Of a stretch of DNA of 64,000 bases, positions 36,101-48,800 are shown piece by piece. This DNA comes from Eledone cirrhosa (taxonomy: Eukaryota): contig OZ024743.1 in NCBI GenBank assembly GCA_964016885.1, forward strand, positions 136,400,001-136,464,000, given 5' to 3'. The notes beneath the pieces were generated by a model. It saw nothing but the letters and a program-made list of their open reading frames with translations, had not been told where the DNA came from and made no database searches. Position 1 is the stretch's first letter, and each line of letters starts with the position of its first letter. A program made the position numbers and the translations under genes.

Positions 36101-39100
36101 TGGTGCTTGGTGTTTGGTGTTTGGTGCTTGGTGCTTGGTGCTTGGTATCTGGTGTTAGGTGCTTGATGCTTGGTGTTTGGTGCTTGGTGTTTGGTGTTTG
36201 GTGCATGGTGCTTGGTGTTTGGTGCTTGGTGTTTGGTGTTTGGTGTTTGATGCTTGGTGTTTGCTGCTGGCTGCTTGCTGCTTGGTGTTTGGTGCTAGGG
36301 GCTTGGTGCTTGGTGCTTGGTGTTTGGTGCTTGGTGCTTGGTGCCTGCTGCTTGGTGCTTGGTGCTTGTTGTTTGGTGCTTTGTGCTTGGTGATTAGTGT
36401 TTGGTGCTTGGTGCTTGCGTTTTGGTGTTTGGTGCTTGGGGTTTGGTGTTTGGTGCTTGGTGCTTGGTGTTTGGTGCTTGGTGCTTGGTGCTTGGTGTTT
36501 GGTGCTTGGTGCTTGGTGTTTGGTGCTTGGTGCTTGGTGTTTGGTGTTTGATGCTTGGTGTTTGCTGCTGGCTGCTTGCTGCTTGGTGTTTGGTGCTAGG
36601 GGCTTGGTGCTTGGTGCTTGGTGTTTGGTGCTTGGTGCTTGGTGCCTGGTGCTTGGTGCTTGGTGCTTGTTGTTTGGTGCTTGGTGCTTGGTGATTAGTG
36701 TTTGGTGCTTGGTGCTTGCGGTTTGGTGTTTGGTGCTTGGGGTTTGGTTTTTGGTGCTTGGTGCTTGGTGTTTGGTGCTTGGTGCTTGGTGCTTGGTGTT
36801 TGGTGCTTGGTGCTTGGTGTTTGGTGCTTGGTGCTTGGTGTTTGGTGTTTGGCGTTTGCTGTTTGCTGTTTGGTGTTTGGTGTTTGCTGTTTGGTGCTTG
36901 GTGCTTGGTGTTTGGTGTTTGGTGTTTGGTACTTGGTGCTTGGTGTTTGGTGCTTGGTGATTGGTGCTGGGTGTTTGGTGCTTGGTGCTTGGTGTTTGGT
37001 GCTTGGTGCTTGGTGCTTGGTGTTTGGTCCTTGGTGCTTGGTGCTTGGTCTTTGGTGCTTGTGTTTTGGTGTTTGGTGCTTGGTGCTTGGTGTTTGGTGC
37101 TTGGTTCTTGGTGCTTGGTGCTTGGTGTTTGTTGATTGCTGCTTGGTGCTTGGTGTTTGGTGCTTGGTGCTTGGTGACTAGTGTTTGGTGATTGGTGCTT
37201 GGGGTTTGCTGTTTGGTGCTTGGTGTTTGGTGCTTGGTGCTTGCTGTTTGGTGTTTGGTGTTTGGTTCTTGGTGCTTGGTGTTTGGTGTTTGGTGTTTGG
37301 TGCTTGGTGCTTGGTGTTTGGTGCTTGGTGCTTGGTGCTTGGTGTTTGGTGCTGCGTGCTTGGTGTTTGGTGTTTGGTGCTTGGTGCCTGGTGCTTGTTG
37401 TTTGGTGCTTAGTGCTTGGTGTTTGGTGTTTGGTGCTTGGTGCTTGGTGGCTGGTGCTTGGTGCTTGGTGTTTGGAGTTTGGTGCTTGGTGCTTGGTGCC
37501 TGGTGTTTCGTGCTTGGTGCTTGGTGTTTGGTGTTTGGTGCTTGGTGTTTGGTGTTTGGTACTTGGTGCTTGGTGCTTGGTGCTTGGTGTTTGGTGCTTG
37601 GTGTTTGATGCTGCGTGCTTGGTGTTTGGTGTTTGGTGCTTGGTGCTTGGTGTTTGGTGTTTGGAGCTTGGTGCCTGCTGCTTGTTGTTTGGTGTTTGGT
37701 GCTTGGTGCTTGGTGCTTGGTATCTGGTGTTTGGTGCTTGATGTCTGGTGTTTGGTGCTTGGTGCTTGGTGCTTGGTGTTTGGTGTTTGGTGCTTGGTGC
37801 TTGGTGTTTGGTGCTTGGTGTTTGGTGTTTGGTGTTTGATGCTTGGTGTTTGCTGCTTGGTGCTTGGTGCTTGGTGTTTTGTGTTTGGTGCTTGGTGCTT
37901 GGTGCCTGGTGCTTGTTGCTTGGTGCTTGTTGATTGGTGCTTGGTGCTTGGTGATTAGTGTTTGGTGCTTGGTGCGTGCGGTTTGATGTTTGGTGCTTGG
38001 GGTTTGGTGTTTGGTGCTTGGTGCTTGGTGTTTGGTGCTTGGTGCTTGGTGCTTCGGTGCTTGGTGCTTGGTGTTTGGTGCTTGGTGTTTGGTGCTTGGT
38101 GCTTGGTGCTTGGTGCTTGGTGTTAGGTGTTTGGTGCTTGGTGCTTGGTGTTTGATGTTTGGTCCTTGGTGCTTGGTGTTTGGTGTTTGTTGCTTGGTGC
38201 TTGGTGTTTGGTGTTTGGTGCTTGCTGCTTGCTGCTTGGTGTTTGGTGCTTGGTGATTGGTGCTTGGTGTTTTGTGCTTGGTGCTTGGTGTCTGGTGTTT
38301 GGTGCTAGGGGCTTGGTGCTTCGTGCTTGGTGTTTGGTGCTTGGTGCTTGCTGTTTGGTGTTTGGTGCTTGGTGCGTGGGACTTAGTGTTTGGTGTTTGG
38401 TGCTTGGTGTTTGGTGCTTGGTGTTTGGTGCTTGGTGTTTGGGGCTTGGTGTTCGGTGCTTGGTGCTTGGTGCTTGGGGCTTGGTGTTTGGTGTTTGGTG
38501 CTTGGTGCTTGGTGTTTGATGTTGGGTCCTTGGTGCTTGGTGTTTGGTGTTTGGTGCTTGGTGTTTCGTGTTTGGTGCTTGGTGCTTGGTGTTTGGTGTT
38601 TGGTGCTTGGTGCATGGGGCTTGGTGTTTGGTGCTTGGTGCTTGGTGTTTGGTGCTTCTGCTTGGGGCTTGGTAGTTGGTGCTTGGTGCCTGGTGTTTGG
38701 TGTTTGGTGTTTGGTGCTTGGTGTATGGTGCTTGGTGCTTGGTGCTGGGTGGTTGGTGTTTGGTGCTTGGTGCTTGGTGTTTGGTGCTTGGTGCTTGGTG
38801 CTTGTTGTTTGGTGCTTGGTGCTTGGTGCTTGGTCTTTGGTGCATGGTGTTTGGTGTTTGGCGCTTGGTGCTTGGTGCTTCGTGATTGGTGCTTGGGGTT
38901 TGGTGGTTGGTGCTTGGTGCTTGGTGTTTGGTGTTTGGTGTTTGGTGTTTGGTGTTTGCTGTTTGGTGTCTGCTTTTTGGTGTTTGGTGTTTGCTGTATG
39001 GTGTTTGGTGTTTGGTGTTTGGTGCTTGGTGCTTGGTGCTTGGTGTTTGGCGTTTGGTGCTTGGTGCTTGGTGTTTGGTGCTTCGTGCTTGGTGTTTGGT

Positions 39101-39888
39101 GTTTGGTGTTTGGTGTTTGCTGCTTGGTGTCTGGTGTTTGGTGCTTGGTGCTTGGTGTTTGGTGTTTGCTGCTTGGTGTCTGGTGTTTGGTGCTTGGTGT
39201 TTGGTGTTTGGTGCTTGGTGCTTGGTGCTTGGTGTTTGGTGTTTGGTGCTTGGTGCTTGGTGTTTGGTGTTTGGTGCTGGGTGCATGGAGTTTGGTGCTT
39301 GGTGCTTAGTGCTTGGTGTTTGGTGTTTGGTGCTTGGTATTTGGTGTTTGGTGTTTGATGCTTGGTGTGTGGTGCTTGGTGCTTGGTGTTTTGTGTTTGG
39401 TGCTTGGTGCTTGGTGACTGGTGCTTGGTGCTTGGTGCTTGTTGTTTGGTGCTTGGTGCTTGGTGATTAGTGTTTGGTGCTTGGTGCTTGGTGTTTGGTG
39501 CTTGGTGTTTGGTGCTTGGTGCCTGGTGCTTGGTGTTTGGTGTTTGATGCTTGGTGTTTGGTGTTTGGTGTTTGGTACTTGGTGTTCGGTGCTTGGTGCT
39601 TGGTGCTTGGTGCTTGGTGTTTGGTGTTTGGTGCTTGGTGCTTGGTGTTTGATGTTTGGTCCTTGGTGCTTGGTGTTTGGTGTTGTGTGCTTGGTGCTTG
39701 GTGGTTGGTGTTTGGTGCTTGGTGCTTGGTGCTTGGTGTTTGGCGTTTCCTGTTTGCTGTTTGGTGTTAGGTGTTTGCTGTTTGGTGTTTGCTGTTTGGT
39801 GTTTGGTGTTTGGTGCTTGCTGTTTGGTGCTTGGTGCTTGGTGTATGGTGTTTGATGCTTGGTGTTTGGTGCTTGGTGCTTGGTGCTG

Positions 39889-42800
39889 GGTGTTTGGTGC
39901 TTGGTGCTTGGTGCTTGGTGATTGGTGCTTGGTGTTTGGTCCTTGGTGCTTGGTGCATGGTCTTTGGTGCTTGGGTTTTGGTGTTTGGTGCTTGGTGCTT
40001 GGTGTTTGGTGCTTGGTGCTTGGTGCTTGGTGCTTGGTGTTTGGTGCTTGCTGCTTGGTGCTTGGTGTTTGGTGCTTGGTGCTTGGTGAGTAGTGTTTGG
40101 TGATTGGTGCTTGGGGTTTTGTGTTTGGGGCTTGGTGTTTGGTGCTTAGTGCTTGCTGTTTGGTGTTTGGTGTTTGGTTCTTGGTGCTTGGTGTTTGGTG
40201 TTTGGTGTTTGGTGCTTGGTGCTTGGTGCTTGGTGTTTGGTGCTTGGTGCTTGGTGCTTGGTGTTTGGTGCTGCGTGCTTGGTGTTTGGTGTTTGGTGCT
40301 TGGTGCCTGGTGCTTGTTGTTTGGTACTTGGTGCTTGGTGCTTGGTGCTTGGTGTTTGGTGCTTGGTGTTTGATGCTGCCTGCTTGGTGTTTGGTGTTTG
40401 GTGCTTGGTGCTTGGTGGCTGGTGTTTGGTGCTTGGTGTTTGGAGTTTGGTGCTTGGTGCTTGGTGCCTGGTGTTTCGTGCTTGGTGCTTGGTGCTTGGT
40501 GTTTGGTGTTTGGTGCTTGGTGTTTGGTGTTTGGTACTTGGTGCTTGGTGCTTGGTGCTTGGTGCTTGGTGCTTGGTGTTTGATGCTGCCTGCTTGGTGT
40601 TTGGTGTTTGGCGCTTGGTGCTTGGTGTTTGGTGTTTGGTGCTTGGTGCTTGGTGCTTGGTATCTGGTGTTTGGTGCTTGATGTTTGGTGTTTGGTGCTT
40701 GGTGTTTTGTGTTTGGTGATTGGTGCTTGGTGCCTGGTGCTTGGTGCTTGGTGCTTGTTGTTTGGTGCTTGGTGCTTGGTGATTAGTGTTTGGTGCTTGG
40801 TGCTTGCGGTTTGGTGTTTGGTGCTTGGGGTTTGGTGCTTGGTGCTTGGTGCTTGGTGTTTGGTGCTTGGTGCTTGGTGTTTGGTGCTTGGTGCTTGGTG
40901 TTTGGTGTTTGGCGTTTGCTGTTTGCTGTTTGCTGTTTGGTGCTTGCTGTTTGGTGCTTGGTGCTTGGTGTTTGGTGTTTGGTGTTTTGTGCTTGGTGCT
41001 TGGTGTTTGGTGCTTGGTGCTTGGTGCTGTGTGTTTGGTGCTTGGTGCTTGGTGTTTGGTGCTTGGTGCTTGGTGCTTGGTCTTTGCTCCTTGGTGCTTG
41101 GTGCTTGGTCTTTGGTGCTTGGGTTTTGGTGTTTGCTGCATGGTGCTTGGTGTTTGGTGCTTGGTTCTTGGTGCTTGGTGCTTGGTGTTTGGTGATTGCT
41201 GCTTGGTGCTTGGTGTTTGGTGCTTGGTGCTTGGTGATTAGTGTTTGGTGATTGGTGCTTGGGGTTTGCTGTTTGGTGCTTGGTGTTTGGTGCTTGGTGC
41301 TTGCTGTTTGGTGTTTGGTGTTTGGTTCTTGGTGCTTGGTGTTTGGTGTTTGGTGTCTGGTGCTTGGTGCTTGGTGCTTGGTGTTTGGTGCTTGGTGCTT
41401 GGTGCTTGGTGTTTGGTGCTGCGTGCTTGGTGTTTGGTGCTTGGTGCTTGGTGATTGCTGCTTGGTGCTTGGTGTTTGGTGCTTGGTGCTTGGTGATTAG
41501 TGTTTGGTGATTGGTGCTTGGGGTTTGCTGTTTGGTGCTTGGTGTTTGGTGCTTGGTGCTTGCTGTTTGGTGTTTGGTGTTTGGTTCTTGGTGCTTGGTG
41601 TTTGGTGTTTGGTGTCTGGTGCTTGGTGCTTGGTGCTTGGTGTTTGGTGCTTGGTGCTTGGTGCTTGGTGCTTGGTGCTTAGTGCTTGGTGTTAGGTGTT
41701 TGGTGCTTGGTGATTGGTGTTTGATGTTAGGTTCTTGGTGCTTGGTGTTTGGTGTTTGGTGCTTGGTGCTTGGTGTTTGGTGTTTGGTGCATGGTGCTTG
41801 GTGCTTGGTGCTTGGTGTTAGGTGTTTGGTGCTTGGTGCTTGGTGTTTGGTGCTTGGTGCTTTGTGTTTGGTGCTTGGTGTTTGGTGCTTGGTGCTTGGT
41901 GCTTGGTGCTTGGTGTTAGGTGTTTGGTGTTTGGTGATTGGTGTTTGATGTTAGGTTCTTGGTGCTTGGTGTTTGGTGTTTGGTGCTTGGTGTTTGGTGT
42001 TTGGTGCTTGGTGCTTGGTGCTTGGTGCTTGGTGTTTGGTGTTTGGTGTTTGATGCTTGGTGTTTGCTGCTTGGTGCTTGGTGCTTGGTGTTTTGTGTTT
42101 GGTGTTTGATGCTGCGTGCTTGGTGTTTGGTGTTTGGTGCTTGGTGCTTGGTGTTTGGTGTTTGGAGCTTGGTGCCTGGTGCTTGTTGTTTGATGTTTGG
42201 CGCTTGGTGCTTGGTGTTAGGTGTTTGGTGCTTGGTGCTTGGTGCTTGGTATCTGGTGTTAGGTGCTTGATGTTTGGTGTTTGGTGCTTAGTGTTTGGTG
42301 TTTGGTGCATGGTGCTTGGTGTTTGGTGCTTGGTGTTTGGTGTTTGGTGTTTGATGCTTGGTGTTTGCTGCTGGCTGCTTGCTGCTTGGTGTTTGGTGCT
42401 AGGGGCTTGGTGCTTGGTGCTTGGTGTTTGGTGCTTGGTGCTTGGTGCCTGGTGCTTGGTGCTTGGTGCTTGTTGTTTGGTGCTTGGTGCTTGGTGATTA
42501 GTGTTTGGTGCTTGGTGCTTGAGGTTTGGTGTTTGGTGCTTGGGTTTGGTGTTTGGTGCTTGGTGCTTGGTGTTTGGTGCTTGGTGCTTGGTGCTTGGTG
42601 TTTGGTGCTTGGTGCTTGGTGTTTGGTGCTTGGTGCTTGGTGTTTGGTGTTTGGCGTTTGCTGTTTGCTGTTTTGTGCTTGGTGCTTGGGGTTTGGTGTT
42701 TGGTGCTTGGTGCTTGGTGTTTGGTGCTTGGTGCTTGGTGCTGGGTGTTTGGTGCTTGGTGCTTGGTGTTTGGTGCTTGGTGCTTGGTGCTTGGTGTTTG

Positions 42801-45800
42801 GTCCTTGGTGCTTGGTGCTTGGTCTTTGGTGCTTGGGGTTTGGTGTTTGGTGCTTGGTGCTTGGTGTTTGGTGATTGCTGCTTGGTACTTGGTGTTTGGT
42901 GCTTGGTGCTTGGTGACTAGTGTTTGGTTATTGGTGCTTGGGGTTTGCTGTTTGGTGCTTGGTGTTTGGTGCTTGGTGCTTGCTGTTTGGTGTTTGTTGT
43001 TTGGTTCTTGGTGCTTGGTGTTTGGTGTTTGGTGTTTGGTGCTTGGTGCTTGGTGTTTGGTGCTTGGTGCTTGGTGCTTGGTGTTTGGTGCTGCGTGCTT
43101 GGTGTTTGGTGTTTGGTGCTTGGTGCCTGGTGCTTGTTGTTTGGTGCTTAGTGCTTGGTGTTTGGTGTTTGGTGCTTGGTGCTTGGTGGCTGGTGCTCGG
43201 TGCTTGGTGTTTGGAGTTTGGTGCTTGGTGCTTGGTGCCTGGTGTTTCGTGCTTGGTGCTTGGTGCTTGGTGTTTGGTGTTTGGTGCTTGGTGTTTGGTG
43301 TTTGGTACTTGGTGCTTGGTGCTTGGTGCTTGGTGTTTGGTGCTTGGTGTTTGATGCTGCGTGCTTGGTGTTTGGTGTTTGGTGCTTGGTGCTTGGTGTT
43401 TGGTGTTTGGAGCTTGGTGCCTGCTGCTTGTTGTTTGGTGTTTGGTGCTTGGTGCTTGGTGCTTGGTATCTGGTGTTTGGTGCTTGATGTCTGGTGTTTG
43501 GTGCTTGGTGCTTGGTGCTTGGTGTTTGGTGTTTGGTGCTTGGTGCTTGGTGTTTGGTGCTTGGTGTTTGGTGTTTGGTGTTTGATGCTTGGGGTTTGGT
43601 GTTTGGTGCTTGGTGCTTGGTGTTTGGTGCTTGGTGCTTGGTGCTTGGTGCTTGGTGCTTGGTGTTTGGTGCTTGGTGCTTGGTGTTTGGTGCTTGGTGT
43701 TTGGTGCTTGGTGCTTGGTGCTTGGTGTTAGGTGTTTGGTGCTTGGTGCTTGGTGTTTGATGTTTGGTCCTTGGTGCTTGGTCTTTGGTGTTTGTTGCTT
43801 GGTGCTTGGTGTTTGGTGTTTGGTGCTTGCTGCTTGCTGCTTGGTGTTTGGTGCTTGGTGATTGGTGCTTGGTGTTTTGTGCTTGGTGCTTGGTGTTTGG
43901 TGTTTGGTGCTAGGGGCTTGGTGCTTGGTGCTTGGTGTTTGGTGCTTGGTGCTTGCTGTTTGGTGTTTGGTGCTTGGTGCGTGGGACTTAGTGTTTGGTG
44001 TTTGGTGCTTGGTGTTTGGTGCTTGGTGTTTGGTGCTTGGTGTTTGGGGCTTGGTGTTCGGTGCTTGGTGCTTGGTGCTTGGGGCTTGGTGTTTGGTGTT
44101 TGGTGCTTGGTGCTTGGTGTTTGATGTTGGGTCCTTGGTGCTTGGTGTTTGGTGTTTGGTGCTTTGTGTTTGGTGTTTGGTGCTTGGTGCTTGGTGTTTG
44201 GTATTTTGTGCTTGGTGCTTGGGGCTTGGTGTTTGGTGCTTGGTGCTTGGTGTTTGGTGCTTCTGCTTGGGGCTTGGTAGTTGGTGCTTGGTGCTTGGTG
44301 CCTGGTGTTTGGTGTTTGGTGTTTGGTGCTTGGTGTATGGTGCTTGGTGCTTGGTGCTGGGTGGTTGGTGTTTGGTGCTTGGTGCTTGGTGTTTGGTGCT
44401 TGGTGCTTGGTGCTTGTTGTTTGGTGCTTGGTGCTTGGTGCTTGGTCTTTGGTGCATGGTGTTTGGTGTTTGGCGCTTGGTGCTTGGTGCTTCGTGATTG
44501 GTGCTTGGGGTTTGGTGGTTGGTGCTTGGTGCTTGGTGTTTGGTGTTTGGTGTTTGGTGTTCGGTGTTTGCTGTTTGGTGTCTGCTTTTTGGTGTTTGGT
44601 GTTTGCTGTATGGTGTTTGCTGTTTCGTATTTGGTTTTTGCTGATTGGTGTTTGGTGTTTGCTGTTTGGTGTTTGGTGTTTGGTGTTTGGTGCTTGGTGC
44701 TTGGTGCTTGGTGTTTGGCGTTTGGTGCTTGGTGCTTGGTGTTTGGTGCTTCGTGCTTGGTGTTTGGTGTTTGGTGCTTGGTGCCTGGTGCTTGTTGTAT
44801 GGTGTTTGGTGCTTGGTGCTTGGTGTTTGGTGTTTGCTGCTTGGTGTCTGGTGTTTGGTGCTTGGTGTTTGGTGTTTGGTGCTTGGTGCTTGGTGCTTGG
44901 TGTTTGGTGTTTGGTGCTTGGTGCTTGGTGTTTGGTGTTTGGTGCTGGGTGCATGGAGTTTGGTGCTTGGTGCTTAGTGCTTGGTGTGTGGTGCTTGGTG
45001 CTTGGTGTTTTGTGTTTGGTTCTTGGTGCTTGGTGACTGGTGCTTGGTGCTTGGTGCTTGTTGTTTGGTGCTTGGTGCTTGGTGATTAGTGTTTGGTGCT
45101 TGGTGCTTGGTGTTTGGTGCTTGGTGTTTGGTGCTTGGTGCCTGGTGCTTGGTGTTTGGTGTTTGATGCTTGGTGTTTGGTGTTTGGTGTTTGGTACTTG
45201 GTGTTCGGTGCTTGGTGCTTGGTGCTTGGTGCTTGGTGTTTGGTGTTTGGTGCTTGGTGCTTGGTGTTTGATGTTTGGTCATTGGTGCTTGGTGTTTGGT
45301 GTTGTGTGCTTGGTGCTTGGTGGTTGGTGTTTGGTGCTTGGTGCTTGGTGCTTGGTGTTTGGCGTTTCCTGTTTGCTGTTTGGTGTTTGGTGTTTGCTGT
45401 TTGGTGTTTGCTGTTTGGTGTTTGGTGTTTGGTGCTTGCTGTTTGGTGCTTGGTGCTTGGTGTATGGTGTTTGGTGCTTGGTGTTTGGTGCTTGATGCTT
45501 GGTGCTGGGTGTTTGGTGCTTGGTGCTTGGTGTTTGGTGCTTGGTGATTGGTGCTTGGTGTTTGGTCCTTGGTGCTTGGTGCATGGTCTTTGGTGCTTGG
45601 GTTTTGGTGTTTGGTGCTTGGTGCTTGGTGTTTGGTGCTTGGTGCTTGGTGCTTGGTGCTTGGTGTTTGGTGCTTGCTGCTTGGTGCTTGGTGTTTGGTG
45701 CTTGGTGCTTGGTGAGTAGTGTTTGGTGATTGGTGCTTGGGGTTTGGTGTTTGGGGCTTGGTGTTTGGTGCTTAGTGCTTGCTGTTTGGTGTTTGGTGTT

Positions 45801-48800
45801 TGGTTCTTGGTGCTTGGTGTTTGGTGTTTGGTGTTTGGTGCTTGGTGCTTGGTGCTTGGTGTTTGGTGCTTGGTGCTTGGTGCTTGGTGTTTGGTGCTGC
45901 GTGCTTGGTGTTTGGTGTTCGGTGCTTGGTGCCTGGTGCTTGTTGTTTGGTGTTTGGTGCTTAGTGCTTGGTGTTTGGTGTTTGGTGCTTGGTGCTTGGT
46001 GGCTGGTGTTTGGTGCTTGGTGTTTGGAGTTTGGTGCTTGGTGCTTGGTGCCTGGTGTTTCGTGCTTGGTGCTTGGTGCTTGGTGTTTGGTGTTTGGTGC
46101 TTGGTGTTTGGTGTTTGGTACTTGGTGCTTGGTGCTTGGTGCTTGTTGTTTGGTGCTTGGTATTTGATGCTGACTGCTTGGTGTTTGGTGTTTGGTGCTT
46201 GGTGCTTGGTGTTTGGCGTTTGGAGCTCGGTGCCTGGTGCTTGTTGTTTGGTGTTTGGCGCTTGGTGCTTGGTATCTGGTGTTTGGTGCTTGATGTTTGG
46301 TGTTTGGTGCTTGGTGTTTTGTGTTTGGTGATTGGTGCTTGGTGCCTGGTGCTTGGTGCTTGGTGCTTGTTGTTTGGTGCTTGGTGCTTGGTGATTAGTG
46401 TTTGGTGCTTGGTGCTTGCGGTTTGCTGTTTGGTGCTTGGGGTTTGGTGCTTGGTGCTTGGTGCTTGGTGTTTGGTGCTTGGTGCTTGGTGTTTGGTGCT
46501 TGGTGCTTGGTGTTTGGTGTTTGGTGTTTGCTGTTTGCTGTTTGCTGTTTGGTGCTTGCTGTTTGGTGCTTGGTGCTTGGTGTTTGGTGTTTGGTGTTTT
46601 GTGCTTGGTGCTTGGTGTTTGGTGCTTGGTGCTTGGTGCTGGGTGTTTGGTGCTTGGTGCTTGGTGTTTGGTGCTTGGTGCTTGGTGCTTGGTGTTTGGT
46701 CCTTGGTGCTTGGTGCTTGGTCTTTGGTGCTTGGGTTTTGGTGTTTGGTGCTTGGTGCTTGGTGTTTGGTGCTTGGTTCTTGGTGCTTGGTGCTTGGTGT
46801 TTGGTGATTGCTGCTTGGTGCTTGGTGTTTGGTGCTTGGTGCTTGGTGATTAGTGTTTGGTGATTGGTGCTTGGGGTTTGCTGTTTGGTGCTTGGTGCTT
46901 GCTGTTTGGTGTTTGGTGTTTGGTTCTTGGTGCTTGGTGTTTGGTGTTTGGTGTCTGGTGCTTGGTCCTTGGTGCTTGGTGTTTGGTGCTTGGTGCTTGG
47001 TGCTTGGTGTTTGGTGCTGCGTGCTTGGTGTTTGGTGCTTGGTGCTTGGTGATTAGTGTTTGGTGCTTTGTGTTTGGTGCTTGGTGTTTGGTGCTTGGTG
47101 CTTGGTGCTTGGTGCTTGGTGTTAGGTGTTTGGTGCTTGGTGATTGGTGTTTGATGTTAGGTTCTTGGTGCTTGGTGTTTGGTGTTTGGTGCTTGGTGCT
47201 TGGTGTTTGGTGTTTGGTGCTTGGTGCTTGGTGCTTGGTGCTTGGTGTTAGGTGTTTGGTGCTTGGTGCTTGGTGTTTGGTGCTTGGTGCTTTGTGTTTG
47301 GTGCTTGTTGTTTGGTGCTTGGTGCTTGGTGCTTGGTGCTTGGTGTTAGGTGTTTGGTGCTTGGTGATTGGTGTTTGATGTTAGGTTCTTGGTGCTTGGT
47401 GTTTGGTGTTTGGTGCTTGGTGCTTGGTGTTTGGTGTTTGGTGCTTGGTGCTTGGTGCTTGGTGCTTGGTGTTAGGTGTTTGGTGCTTGGTGATGGGTGC
47501 TTGGTGTTTGGTCCTTGGTGCTTGGTGCATGGTCTTTGGTGCTTGGGTTTTGGTGTTTGGTGCTTGGTGCTTGGTGTTTGGTGCTTGGTGCTTGGTGCTT
47601 GGTGCTTGGTGTTTGGTGCTTGCTGCTTGGTGCTTGGTGTTTGGTGCTTGGTGCTTGGTGATTAGTGTTTGGTGATTGGTGCTTGGGGTTTGGTGTTTGG
47701 GGCTTGGTGTTTGGTGGTTAGTGCTTGCTATTTGGTGTTTGGTGTTTGGTTCTTGGTGCTTGGTGGCTGGTGTTTGGTGCTTGGTGCTTGTTGTTTGGTG
47801 TTTGGTGTTTGGTGCTTGGTGCTTGGTGGCTGGTGTTTGGTGCTTGGTGTTTGGAGTTTGGTGCTTGGTGCTTGGTGCCTGGTGTTTCGTGCTTGGTGCT
47901 TGGTGCTTGGTGTTTGGTGATTGGTGCTTGGTGTTTGGTGTTTGGTACTTGGTGCTTGGTGCTTGGTGCTTGGTGCTTGGTGCTTGGTGTTTGATGCTGC
48001 GTGCTTGGTGTTTGGTGTTTGGTGCTTGGTGCTTGGTGTTTGGTCTTTGGAGCTCGGTGCCTGGTGCTTGTTGTTTGGTGTTTGGCGCTTGGTGCTTGGT
48101 GTTTGGTGTTTGGTGCTTGGTGCTTGGTGCTTGGTGATTGGTGCTTGGTGTTTGGTCCTTGGTGCTTGGTGCATGGTCTTTGGTGCTTGGGTTTTGGTGT
48201 TTGGTGCTTGGTGCTTGGTGTTTGGTGCTTGGTGCTTGGTGCTTGGTGCTTGGTGTTTGGTGCTTGCTGCTTGGTGCTTGGTGTTTGGTGCTTGGTGCTT
48301 GGTGAGTAGTGTTTGGTGATTGGTGCTTGGGGTTTTGTGTTTGGGGCTTGGTGTTTGGTGCTTAGTGCTTGCTGTTTGGTGTTTGGTGTTTGGTTCTTGG
48401 TGCTTGGTGTTTGGTGTTTGGTGTTTGGTGCTTGGTGCTTGGTGCTTGGTGTTTGGTGCTTGGTGCTTGGTGCTTGGTGTTTGGTGCTGCGTGCTTGGTG
48501 TTTGGTGTTTGGTGCTTGGTGCCTGGTGCTTGTTGTTTGGTACTTGGTGCTTGGTGCTTGGTGCTTGGTGTTTGGTGCTTGGTGTTTGATGCTGCCTGCT
48601 TGGTGTTTGGTGTTTGGTGCTTGGTGCTTGGTGGCTGGTGTTTGGTGCTTGGTGTTTGGAGTTTGGTGCTTGGTGCTTGGTGCCTGGTGTTTCGTGCTTG
48701 GTGCTTGGTGCTTGGTGTTTGGTGTTTGGTGCTTGGTGTTTGGTGTTTGGTACTTGGTGCTTGGTGCTTGGTGCTTGGTGTTTGGTGCTTGGTGTTTGAT

